From positions 1-49,622 of the forward strand of contig NW_021835911.1 of NCBI RefSeq assembly GCF_006345805.1: a DNA stretch of 49,622 nucleotides, read 5' to 3'. The translations under genes and the position numbers were made by a program. This stretch comes from Octopus sinensis (Eukaryota). Every line of letters begins with the position of its first letter. Within the stretch, counting starts at the first letter, position 1. The notes beneath the pieces are model-generated. The model saw only the letters and a program-made list of their open reading frames with translations, did no database searches and had not been told where the DNA came from. Positions 27,483 through 39,036 of this stretch are shown here, in pieces.

Positions 27483-27824
27483 AGGCGCACATGTTTCAGT
27501 CCCACTGCATGGCACCTTGTGAGTGGATTTGTTAGAAGGAAACTGAAAGAAGCCCGTCGTACATATACATATATATGGGTGTGTGTATGTACGTGTGTGT
27601 GTGGTTATGTTTGTGTGTCTGTGTTTGTCCCTCCCCACCAACATCGTCTGACAAACAATGCTGGTGTGTTTACGTCACCATAACTTGCAGTTCGGCAAAA
27701 GAGGACCGAGAGAATAAGAGCAAGGCTTACAAAGAATAAGTCCTGGGGTCGATTTTCTTGACTAAAGGCGGTGCTCCAGCATGACCGCATTGAAAATGAC
27801 TGAAGCAAGTAAAAGAATATAAGA
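27483..27824 (+). mobile_element. SINE family A with head deletions
   Basis: ggcgca..ttcagtcccactgcatggcacc..cggcaaaagaggaccg..ggtgctccagcatg..gtaaaag. Confidence 0.8.
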
Positions 27825-27944
27825 ATATACATGTGCATAACATCTCTTGGGCATTCGTGTAGATAAATAGATTTCATACAAATCTGAACGTAAAATATAA
27901 AAGAATGTTGTGAAATGATGTTTTAGGGGCAAAATAAATATATC

Positions 27945-28115
27945 TTTTCTACTCTAGGCACATGGCCCGAAATTCTGGGGGAGAGGGCCAGTCGATTTGA
28001 TCGATCCCAGTACGAAACTGGTACTTAATTTGTCGACCCCCGAAAGGGTGAAAGGCAAAGTCGACTTCGGTGGAATTTGAACTCAGTACATAAAGACACA
28101 CGAAATACCACTATG
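27945..28115 (-). mobile_element. SINE family C, 3' part
   Basis: actggtacttaatttgtcgacccccgaaagg.tgaaaggcaaagtcgac.tcgg.ggaatttgaactc; a SINE-like central domain recognised from memory. Confidence 0.6.
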
Positions 28116-28754
28116 GTACATGCGTTTCGGCGATTTTAACTTACTTGTTCATGATATATTACATGAGATTACAACACATGACATGACAGAATATGAATTA
28201 CAAGTCTAAATGATAACTTCATGCATATATATGTATATATATAACTTGGAATAACTTAGATAGGTTTTTGCCAGTATTGGCCCAAGCCATGTCTAACCTA
28301 ATTGCACCACCTGGCGATATATATTAATTAGAGTGACTATAATTTTGAATTGAATTGATTTTCGATTAAATTTAAATTTTATTGTAATTCAAATTTAATT
28401 ATAGCCATGAAACGTATGTAATTTTTGTACTTATTATATATTGATTATTCATTTTTATACTTTTTGGTGATCTAGTTATTTATTTAAAAAAAATATATTT
28501 TATTTTTTATTTATGATATCGTTTATGTCTATCATTGTTTGAATTGCAAAATAGTGGTTTTTCTCTAATTTATATATTATATATTTATATTGTGAAATTT
28601 GATTTAATACTAAATTGAATTTTTCCCTGTAAGTTTGGAATTATACTCCCTAATATATATATTTCCTTCCGATCATTCAAAATGTGACCGCGTGTGTACC
28701 GTTGGCGATTTTTTTCCTTCTGTCTTCCCTTCTCTGGATCTTTCCTTCTCCTAT

Positions 28755-28789
28755 GCTTCCGACGAAGAGCTCCGCTCGAAACGTTAAAC
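28755..28789 (+). ncRNA. Minimal type I hammerhead-like motif, CCGACGA core, in a short repeat (about 28600-28885) ending in (TA)n
   Basis: gctt CCGACGA a gagc tcc gctc GAAAC GTT aaac. Confidence 0.55.
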
Positions 28790-28884
28790 CCTCCTTCTTT
28801 CCTTCTTTCCTGAGCGTCCAATAATACTATATTTGTTCCACGTCCTCGCGTTGTTGTGTTTTTTTTGTGCTTTCTTGTTTGGAT

Positions 28885-28921
<37 letters not shown>

Positions 28922-28927
28922 CGAGAA

Positions 28928-28968
<41 letters not shown>

Positions 28969-29793
28969 TACAGACAGATCACACAACATTCAGTGTATAC
29001 ACGTCCAGTTTTATTCAGAGTTTCACACAGTAATACCGGTGATGTGTGTAGTACTATTGTAAAGACTATGTTGGTGGCTTCTAGACAGTTCCCGCTGCTA
29101 TGTTTTTTTGTGATTCGTAGCACCTCATTTCTCTTATATGATACAATAACTCTCTCAAAATTAACAGTTTAAACAAATGAACGGAGTTTTTAGCACATTG
29201 TCTATATGGGTGTAAGTATCTTTTCTGCAAGTGCTGCGATCCTAATATTCCGAGCTGGAATAATATCGTTGGTTTCCAAGTGTTTTTTTAAAAAATTATT
29301 TTAATATTAACGAAATTACCTGAGGAAATTTCTTAGAGGGACATCAATTGAACACGTTTGGAGCATTCTTACGACAGCCGGAAATTAAATGAAGATGGTG
29401 AGCTTGAATACATACATTATTTTTTGTAGAAAGATATAAAGCGAAGCATTTTTCTCATAGTTTTACTATGATGCTTCAAAATATTTCCAACTAATACAAA
29501 AGGAAAGAAACTGATTACCAACTGAATGATCGGATAATTGAAACACAGGGTACTGGAATGATGACCTTTTCACTTATAATATATTGAAAATACTCTACTA
29601 TTGGGTATTGAGTTTTGGTCTATATCACTTCTCGGTGAATCGAAGAAATTTATACGCTCTTGCACGTAGACCACTACCACATACACGCATATGTATTCAT
29701 ACACACACAGACCCACGCGTACACATCATATGTGTCTGTATGTGAGTGTACGTATATATTAACATTGAAGATTGTATAAAGAATACCGAATTG

Positions 29794-29986
29794 GTTCTAT
29801 AGTTAAGACATGAGGAATTATTTACTTTATTTACATTATTCACATTTGAAGGATATTTGTCCTCATCTTGTTTGTTGTTAACACAACGTTTCGGCTGATA
29901 TACTCTCCAGCTTTCATCAGGTGTCTTGGGGAAATTTCGAACCTGGGTTCTCATACCTAAGGTATTTTTCGATGTTATAATACTAA

Positions 29987-30065
<79 letters not shown>

Positions 30066-30074
30066 ATAATAATA

Positions 30075-30116
<42 letters not shown>

Positions 30117-30128
30117 GTATTATTATTA

Positions 30129-30164
<36 letters not shown>

Positions 30165-30172
30165 CATTATTA

Positions 30173-30217
<45 letters not shown>

Positions 30218-30318
30218 CATTATTATTATTATTATCATTATTATTATTATTCAGATCACTGCCTGGGATCAAACTTGGAATTTTAGTGTTAGTAACCCGC
30301 GCTCTTAACCACTACGCT
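29794..30318 (-). mobile_element. tRNA-HHR SINE copy c (most complete head)
   Basis: A box TAGTGGTTAAG (30304-30314 rc), B box aagtttgatcc (30266-30276 rc), microsatellite 29977-30250, HHR at 29880-29925. Confidence 0.85.
29880..29925 (-). ncRNA. Minimal type I hammerhead-like motif (core intact, G10.1>A)
   Basis: gacac CTGATGA a agctg gagagtatat cagcc GAAAC GTT gtgtt. Confidence 0.7.
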
Positions 30319-30335
30319 ACAGCTTATGGCGCTTT

Positions 30336-30390
30336 TAACCCCAAGATTCCGAGTTCGATCCCAGGCAGTAACCTGAATAATAATATAATA

Positions 30391-30441
<51 letters not shown>

Positions 30442-30605
30442 TAACATCGAAAAATACCTTAGGAATGAGAATCCAGGTTCGAAATTTCCCCAAACACCTG
30501 ATGAAGGCTGGAGGGTATATCAGCCAAAACGTTGTGTTAACAACAAACAAGATGAGAACAAATATCCGTCAAATGTAAATAATGTAAATAAAGTAAATAA
30601 TATAC
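30336..30605 (+). mobile_element. tRNA-HHR SINE copy d (head truncated at the anticodon arm)
   Basis: B box gagttcgatcc 30351-30361, (AAT)n 30377-30440, HHR 30493-30538, (tgtaaataa)n-like tail. Confidence 0.85.
30493..30538 (+). ncRNA. Minimal type I hammerhead-like motif (G12>A)
   Basis: aacac CTGATGA a ggctg gagggtatat cagcc AAAAC GTT gtgtt. Confidence 0.65.
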
Positions 30606-30908
30606 ATGATTGGGATTAGTAACGTTGGTGGTGCAGCTCTTGAAGACATTAGAATAAAGCAACAACAAAAACTGAAAGAAATACAACGAAAATAAACAAG
30701 ACAAACAGACAGTATATAGAGCGTTTTTTTAAAAGATTACTAACTCCTCCTCCCCACCACCACTACAAAGTGCTCTCTTTCAAATTTTACATGGTGGTGT
30801 GTATAACTCGGTGCGACCGCGCATTAATCCAACCAAGTGACATGGGAAAGTAACATAGATTTTTCTAGGTGAAACGGAGAAGCTTGTTTTAGGATATAAA
30901 TCCACTGC

Positions 30909-30944
<36 letters not shown>

Positions 30945-31694
30945 GTGTGTGTTTGTGTGTGTCAAATCACGTGGAAGGTGTCTCGACTATTTTATGACCT
31001 GTTTCGTGTGTATTTCTTCCAGTTTCAGGTTTATAGTCGTAACTGTGTTTATGTGGCGGGCTTCTACTTGTTTATAATTTTTGTATATGTTTATTTTTTG
31101 GTTTCGTTCTTCGTTATTGTTGTTGTTGTCGTTGTTATAGTTTTTTCCAGTTGTTGGCCTTAGTTCTCCATTATTTCTGTTTATTTATTTTCACTTAAAT
31201 ATTTATATTTGTTTTTCTTTTCTTCGTCTTTACTTAACATTATTTTCACTGTTTGATTTGATCGTTCATTCGTATTTTTCGTTAAATAGTTTTCGTTTTA
31301 GTTATAGATGTTGAAGCTGTTGTCGTTGTTGTTGTTGTTGTTCTTGTTGTTGCTGCTGCTGTTGTATATATTATATGTACGTCTATTGTTGATGTCCCTA
31401 GTGACATGGGAAACTGTAAATCATGTCTGGTGTTGATGTACAGCTTCTAATTTGTTTTACCACACCCACAAGATTCATGGTCTCTATTCCATACTACGTT
31501 ATTTTATCTGTCTATATAACCAAATATTCATCACTACATATGTAGGTATATATCTATGTTATTCTTTCTGTCATTCATTTTCTTCTCCAATGTGTGTGCG
31601 GTGTTGCTGTTGTGTGTGCAAAACAATGTACATGATAACACTTCCAATCAGAAGCCACGAGAGCCACTGCCTGGTACTGCTCAGGGCACTTTTT

Positions 31695-31734
31695 ATTCTT
31701 CTTCTTCTTCTTCTTCTTCTTCTTCTTCTTCTTC

Positions 31735-31792
<58 letters not shown>

Positions 31793-32198
31793 GGGTGAGA
31801 GAGCAGTGCATGCCATCAAAGTGACACTGGGTTAAAATATACGAAGCCCTGTATACCTATCATGACTACCCGTCTGATACGGGTACACTAGGCACATGCA
31901 TCACATGTGCGCGACATAGTGATCTCATATCAAGATAAACAGTACATGACCTTACAGGTGGGGCCCAGTTAGAATTTTCTTCTGGTCGAGTAACCCATCC
32001 CGCTCAAAAAGTCCTTGAATAAGGGTTGTTTAAGGATTCTGAACGAAACACCCATGTTTCCAAGGGTGAATTATTCAAATTCCAAAGAATTCCTCTCAAC
32101 ACATGGCTATGATGCTCCCCCACTACTTCTGCTCGTGATCGGAGATGCATATATCATCAACCACTAAGGGACATGGTCAACTGGTTAAGGTCAAACAA
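31695..32198 (-). mobile_element. Retroposon 3' end (LINE 3'-UTR-like) with (AAT)n/(GAA)n tail
   Basis: Non-coding ~400-bp segment (31793-32198) ending on the minus strand in a trinucleotide tail; family not assignable. Confidence 0.5.
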
Positions 32199-32206
32199 GC
32201 AAATCT

Positions 32207-32990
32207 GTGGTATTGAGCAGAATATTTGCAGGAGCACATCTTTTATATCAAGACAAAACAATGTACCTCAAAACAGCACTTATTGAAAGGCAATATCCAC
32301 CCTCACTTATCGACGAGGGAATTAAACGTGCCAAACAATTAGACACAAAAACACTAAGACCAAAACATAACACCACACCTCAACTCAAAACATTACTATT
32401 TATATCAACACACAAGCCCAGAAACAGTGAGGCATTCAACACTATTGCGCAAGCTCTTCCTTTACTAACTACAGATTCAAAAATGAACGACATCCTGAAA
32501 ACACACAAACTCATCAAATGCAGAAAACAAGACAAATCGCTAAAGAGACTACTTACAAATGCGAAGCTTTACAAAACAACCACGAAACCAACGGTTGAAA
32601 AATGTGGACGTCCAAACTGTGGAACCTGCCCCAACCTGCTTGAAGGCTCGGACTTCCTTTTCAGACAAGGGCAGAGGTTCACAATTAAAACTAGCTTCAC
32701 TTGTCCCTCTGGGAACCTAATTTATGTAATAACCTGCTTGGGTTGCGGACACAACTATATTGGACAAACGAGTATAAGCTTGAGAAAGAGAACCACTCTA
32801 TATAAAGAGCAAATCCGTTTCCCGCAATACAGGCAAATTCCTCTCAGTAAACATATAGAAAAATGTGCAGATAAAATCAAACCAAATTTCACAGTCTTTC
32901 TCTTCTACAAATGCAACAACACAATCTCTCCACTAGAATGTTTAAATAAAGAAACTTTTTTCATTGGAAAATACAGAACACGATTAATAT
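32207..32990 (+). pseudogene. Penelope-like element fragment: RT thumb, Cys-rich linker and GIY-YIG endonuclease (Neptune-like), 5'-truncated
   Basis: LKTALIERQYPPSLIDEGIKRA; KCGRPNCGTC; NLIYVITCLGCGHNYIGQT..LRKR..LSKH..KETFFI. Confidence 0.9.
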
Positions 32991-33483
32991 GCACGCATAA
33001 CCAACTTTTATCTTTTTACATATTTCAGTTCACGATTACATCACTGTACATAAATCCCTTCACTAAACAAGGTTTTCGAAACTTGTCTTTGTCTGTACAC
33101 ATATGTATTTCTCTCCTATTACCGAAAGCTGAACAGTTATCTCCCTTACCCACAACAATAACAATAATAACGATAACCAATTACCTCCCTTTATTTATCT
33201 ACTTGTGAAGCCATTCACTCGTGAATTTTATCACAAACAACATGGACAAAATTTCTTCTTAAAAAAAAATACATATTCGAATAAGTAAAACATATCATGA
33301 ATAACAATAGCAAAACCGGTCGATATATTAAAAATTACATTAAAACTATGTAAGTGTGCTTCTTTTCCTTTTTAATTTCTTATATGCATTACAACTCACC
33401 ACATGGGGATAATCGAAATTCCTCTTTTCTGTTACTACTAATATATATATGTATATATATATATATGTATATATAATATATAT

Positions 33484-33518
<35 letters not shown>

Positions 33519-33527
33519 TACATGTGT

Positions 33528-34012
33528 GTGTATGAAGGGCTTCTTTCAGTTTCGGTGTACCACATTCACTCACGAGGCTTTGCTCATCCCAGGGCTATAG
33601 TAGAAGGCACTTTCCTAGTGTGCCACGCAGTGGAACTGAACTCGGAATCATATAGGTGTGAAGAAAGCTTCTTCCCACAGAAGGCTTCTCTCAGCTTCCC
33701 TCTACCAAATTCCTTCACATATGTTTGGTTGGCACGTCCCTGTTATGGAAGACTCTTGCACAAGTTACCACGGAGTGGGGCTGAACCTAAAGCCATGTGC
33801 TTTCGAAGCAATGTTCTTATAACCCAGCCGCGCCTGCGCCTGTGGTCATATAGATAAATAAATACAATAAATTACTGTCGCTATGTGACAAGAAGATTGA
33901 TTCTCAATCACGTAGTTCTGGGTTCAGTCCCACTACATGTCACCCTGATCAAGTGTCGTTCAAAGCCTTGCGATTGGATTTGGTAGATGGAAATTGAAAG
34001 AAGCCCATTGTA
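33528..34012. mobile_element. Cluster of three SINE family A head fragments (33528-33660 minus, 33690-33841 minus, 33890-34012 plus)
   Basis: Each aligns by eye to the family A head. Confidence 0.65.
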
Positions 34013-34033
34013 TATTTATACATATATGCATAC

Positions 34034-34066
<33 letters not shown>

Positions 34067-34241
34067 CGTTTAAATATTTGTTGTGCAAGATTTTTTATGT
34101 GAAGTCGTGTGTTGAAACAGATATTGTTATATTTCGGAATGGTCATATTGCCAGTTTAGCCAATAAAAACACACGCACTATATATTTGGTGTTATTTTGC
34201 TTCAGTGATATTTATTTTTACATTAATCTTAATCTTATTTC

Positions 34242-34286
34242 GGCCAAAGTTCTTTCGTCACACTCCTGTGACCGCATCAGTGGTCC
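34242..34286 (-). ncRNA. Hammerhead-like motif in the inverted 5' pLTR
   Basis: ggacca CTGATGC g gtcac aggagt gtgac GAAAG aa CTT tggcc. Confidence 0.55.
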
Positions 34287-34600
34287 TTTGTTTTCTTCTC
34301 ACTTACTTGTGTCTCTCCTTACTAACCGTCAGCCATTTTGTATTTCTATTGTATGTCTTCATTTGCGCATGCTATATCTCTATGTTGCGTCTATGTTTAT
34401 TTAGTGTGTGTGTGGGGGGCCTGTAATATTTGTATCTTCTGGTTATATACATTCTTGTAATTTGTATTTTGTTTTTGTTGTTGTTGCTTTTGTTCTAATT
34501 TTGTTCATGTGTTTACATCCACCCATTATTATCATTACATATGCTTGTATGTATGTATAACAACAATATTAGTAATAATAATAATAAATTTAATCGAAAA

Positions 34601-37600
34601 AACACACGACTTCACATAAAAAATCTTGCACAACAAATATTTAAACGTACTAACGTGAGCCACAGCCAGGCTTGCAAGATGCTGAAGAACACTATATTTT
34701 GTTGCCTAAAGAAAACTGTGACAACGCAACAGCTTCGTTTTATAAAACAATGTGTCTCGTCCAGGATATGTATCAACAAGGTCACAGCCAACGTTAAACG
34801 GCTTGACCTCACTAACGGACAAGCGGAAAGACTAAAAAGGACGCTAATGGTAAATATTAGAAATAGAATATACAGAGAGCTGAGCGAACAAGAGAAGCGT
34901 AAACGTATATTTTTAAAAGAAATTAAAAGTATCACCACGAAGGAAAGGAGAAAACCTTAATAATGGATATAATATATGAAGAAAACAGACATGTAATACA
35001 CCAATGCAATATCCATTTTAAGAGGAAGTTATCGTGGTTGAAACAGAAACGTCAATATGAGCTCGCAAAGGAAGGAAAAGCAAGAGAAGTATTCAGATAC
35101 AATAAATGGAATTATTATGGAAGAAGATGTGCTACTACCAGAAGAGTTCAATAAAGACAATGAAGCGAACATCTATGGGGGAGTAACAACGGACCCAGAT
35201 AAATATCGATACTTCAACTACCACCAAAGTATACAGTGTATAGTAAAGTGAATACCATCAAATGCCTGTCCGAATTGAAAAGTCGTTCACAAAAATACGT
35301 TGGAATTTAAATAGATACTATGACAACAACACTTGCGACAACAACAACAACGCGAAAAACACTAACCGCAGCAACAACAACACAAACAATAATGACCGCA
35401 ACAATAACAACCGTAGCAACAAAAGCAACACGAACCCTAACAGCGGCAACAACAACAACATGAACCCTAACAGCGACAACAACAATAAAAATAGAAAAAA
35501 TGTATGCATAGACACAAACAATAGATACAAAAACAAAAACACAAACAGAGAGAGAAAAATCGTATACAACAGCAACAACAACAACAACAATTATAGGGAG
35601 AACCGACACCACACACAAACACACACATAGCCATAGTCACAAAGACACGAATAAAAGTTGTGTCATAGAGGTCACGATGGAGAATAAAGTTGAATGCAAC
35701 AGGATCCTTGGACAGGGAGTCAGCGGACTTGAAACAGATAACAATACTCATAGGAACAAAAATAACGACCGCAACAGGGAGAATGACAGGGACCAACAGA
35801 CAGACATAAAACCCAACACTAATATAAACAACACATATACCAGAAACAGGAACAATGAATATATCACTAGCGATATAGTAATAATGGCAATGGTAGGAAT
35901 AAAGGTAATAACAATAATGTGGTAGTAGTAGTGGTGGTGATGGTAACAGTAGAAGTAGTAATGAGGATAGTAGTGATAGTTGTGGTGGTAATAGGAATAC
36001 TAGTAGTAGTAGTAGTGGTAATGGTGATAATAATAATAGGAAGGCTGATGTTGGAAACAGTAACGATAATGAAGATAACCCTAGAGAGTCCATTGACATG
36101 TATACCCATCCCTTTGACACTCAATTCTTCAACGTATGCGACAAAACTTACTGCATGAACCGAATTTATCCAACAACATTACCCTTCAACAAAAGAGTAT
36201 ACATCCCAAGACGTACTAATGACCACATGGAAGCACAGTTCACTATAGCTAGGACCAAACTTAGACAGATTTTAGGATTATACATTAAGAGACAGAGACA
36301 GAATAAGACAGATGCCCAACAACTAGGGATTAAACCTGCATGTGGCCTACAGAAGCTCATTCAGCGCACGAGGAACGGAGAGGTGATATGCCTTCCCACG
36401 GATAAGTCCGGCAGGATGTCAATAGACAGCTTACCGAACTACATCCAGGCAATGCAACCTCATATCGCCAACAAAAAGTAACAACTGTACAGGCGCATGA
36501 GGAGAGAGAAAAGGTCCTCAATGCCCACATGATGATGTGGACAATTGTTCTGGGACCTCAGAAACGTACTGCAAAGAATTTCCAAGCCTGGAACAATGAT
36601 ATCCCGGCACTGTATGGACTTCGCAAGGACCATAAGGTTTTACTGACCCTATAGCAGGACCACCAACAAGACCAGTCTGTGGAGCGAATATCGCTAGCAA
36701 TTACAGAATCTCCTACTTCCTCTCAATGATCATACGCCCTATAATCAGGATGTCACCTGATGTGTGTGTGACAGCACAGAAGATCTCCTAAGCAGGATCA
36801 GTGACTGTAACAAAACTTGTGACTTGACAGGATGTATAGTAGGTAGCATGGATGTGGTATCCCTATACCCATCGATTGACGTAGATTTTGCAGTGGAGAA
36901 GTGCGTGGAGATGATCAACGAGAGCCAGGTGGAGTTCTGTAATGTCGACACAGAAGAACTGGGCCTCCTTTAGACTGACATATAATAGTGAATACTTAGA
37001 TAAACATAATCTTAGTAGTTTCTGCCCCAGTAGATGTTTAAGAGGTAGACCGCCTACAATTACTTCTATGGCTAGGAAGACACATATAGAAAGATGGCGC
37101 GGATGGACCAGAGCCATACGGAGCCCCGCAAATGTCCATCAGGTAAAGAAAATGATCGCACATGCACTAGGAGCTAGTATAAGAGTTACCCTAAAAGGCC
37201 ACACATTTAAATTTAATATAAAATATATGCCAGGACGAGGGGGCAGCCATCGGTGTTAGTATCGCTGGTGATGTGGCCAACCTCTTCATGGTATGGTGGG
37301 ACAGAAGGCTTAAAGAATGCCTACTGCAGAAATCCATACTCGTAAACATGTACTCTCGCTATGTTGATGATATCAATATAGTAGTAAAGGCACCCCACAA
37401 GAGAGTACTGTTGATATAGTAATAGAAACTAATACTATGGAGAGCATCCAGCAAATAGCTAACTCCATCCACCAGAGTATTAAGGTCACAATAGACTACC
37501 CACTAAACACCCCAACCATAGACTACCAGTACTAGACACTGAACTGGCTAGAAATTGTGAAAAATAAAACCCAAATCCTTCATTCATACTATGCAAAACC

Positions 37601-38495
37601 TATGGCCTCAAAATACCTGATCCACCGGAACTCAGCCATTGCGGGCAATGCAAATTCAATATTTTATTTGATGGCAGACCTCGTCAGAATAATGAGAAAT
37701 GTGTCACACATGTGCGAGCCTACAGAATTAAAGAGACACATACAGTATTTCATTCACCGCATGCAGTTCTCAGGTTACAGCCATAAAGAAAGGATCAGGT
37801 ATACAAAGGAGCCATGAAGAAATTTGATAATATATTATGTAATGATAGGAATGGGATTTGCCCACTCTATAGGAACAAGTCATGGAACACTATAGAAAGG
37901 ACAAAAAAGAAAATAGGGAAGGCCAACTCTTGGTATGATAGCCATAAATACCAGAGTGTCATGTTCGATGACACCACCCCTGGAGGTGAACTAGCGTACC
38001 GCTTTAGAAGGACCCTAGATAAACTTAAACTAAGAATTAAGGTTGTTGAAAAGCCAGGCAACCCTATCAGATCTATAATTGGTAGAACCTATCCTTTTAG
38101 TAGAACTCTCTGTACGGATAACTATTGCACTGTATGTAGATTTAGCCCACAAACAAACTGTAAAGCCAGAAATGTGGTCTATAGTATAAGATGTATAGAG
38201 GGACGATGCAGTAACAAGACAGTAACATACGTAGGGAAACTGCAAGAAGCATTGGTGAGCGGGGGAATGAACATTGGAGACAACTCAAGGAAGGTAAAAG
38301 CTCATCGATTCTGTACCAACACGCCGCCGAACAAGAACACGGGGGATCAATCAATAACATAGAGATTAAGATATTGTCCACACATAGACCAGATGCAACA
38401 ATTAGACAAATTACAGAAGCTACAAATATATAGAAAATAAACCTAGCCTGAATAGAAAACTAGAATGGAGCAATAGCGCACACCACAACATATGA
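34601..38495 (+). pseudogene. PLE polyprotein (N-terminal domain, low-complexity insert, RT, GIY-YIG), frameshifted as assembled
   Basis: LQLPPKY, KIRW, TDKSGR, YGLRKDHK, RPVCGA, SMDVVSLYPSID, GAAIG, RYVDD, VVYSIRC..YVG, ETARSIGERGNEH, ENKPSLNRKLEW, reconstructed across frameshifts. Confidence 0.92.
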
Positions 38496-38992
38496 CAATA
38501 GTGGATCCTGCAAACATAATAAATACACAGGTAATTAAAGAAATAGAAATGAATATCTATATATATATGTATATGTGTATGTATATGTATATGTGTGTGT
38601 GTAATATGGTGTATATATGTATATATATATATATATGTATATGTATGTATATATATATAGGTATAATTCTTTTTTTTTTTTTTCGATTAGATTTATATTA
38701 TTATTACTAATATTGTTGTTATACATACATACAAGCATATGTAATGATAATAATGGTGGATGTAAACACATGAACAAAATTAGAACAAAAGCAACAACAA
38801 CAAAAACAAAATACAAATTACAAGAATGTATATAACAGAAGATACAAATATTACAGGCATCCCCCCACACACACACTAAATAAACATAGACGCACATAGA
38901 GATATAGCATGCGCAAATGAAGACATACAATAGAAATACAAAATGGCTGACGGTTAGTAAGGAGAGACAACAAGAAGTGAGAAGAAAACAAA

Positions 38993-39036
38993 GGACCACT
39001 GATGCGGTCACAGAGTGTGACGAAAGAACTGTGGCC
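38993..39036 (+). ncRNA. Hammerhead-like motif in the 3' pLTR
   Basis: ggacca CTGATGC g gtcac agagt gtgac GAAAG aa CTG tggcc. Confidence 0.5.

Noticed and set aside
28304-28317. CTCF-like motif (rc TCGCCAGGTGGTGC)
   Set aside because: Single partial match; not distinguishable from chance
30251-30318. Functional tRNA gene
   Set aside because: It has A and B boxes but no complete acceptor stem, and it continues into a repeat body; this is a SINE head
33058-33092. ctaaacaaggttttcGAAACttGTC in the 3' flank of the first PLE
   Set aside because: The right half looks HHR-like, but the CUGANGA core has two changes and stems I and II do not pair
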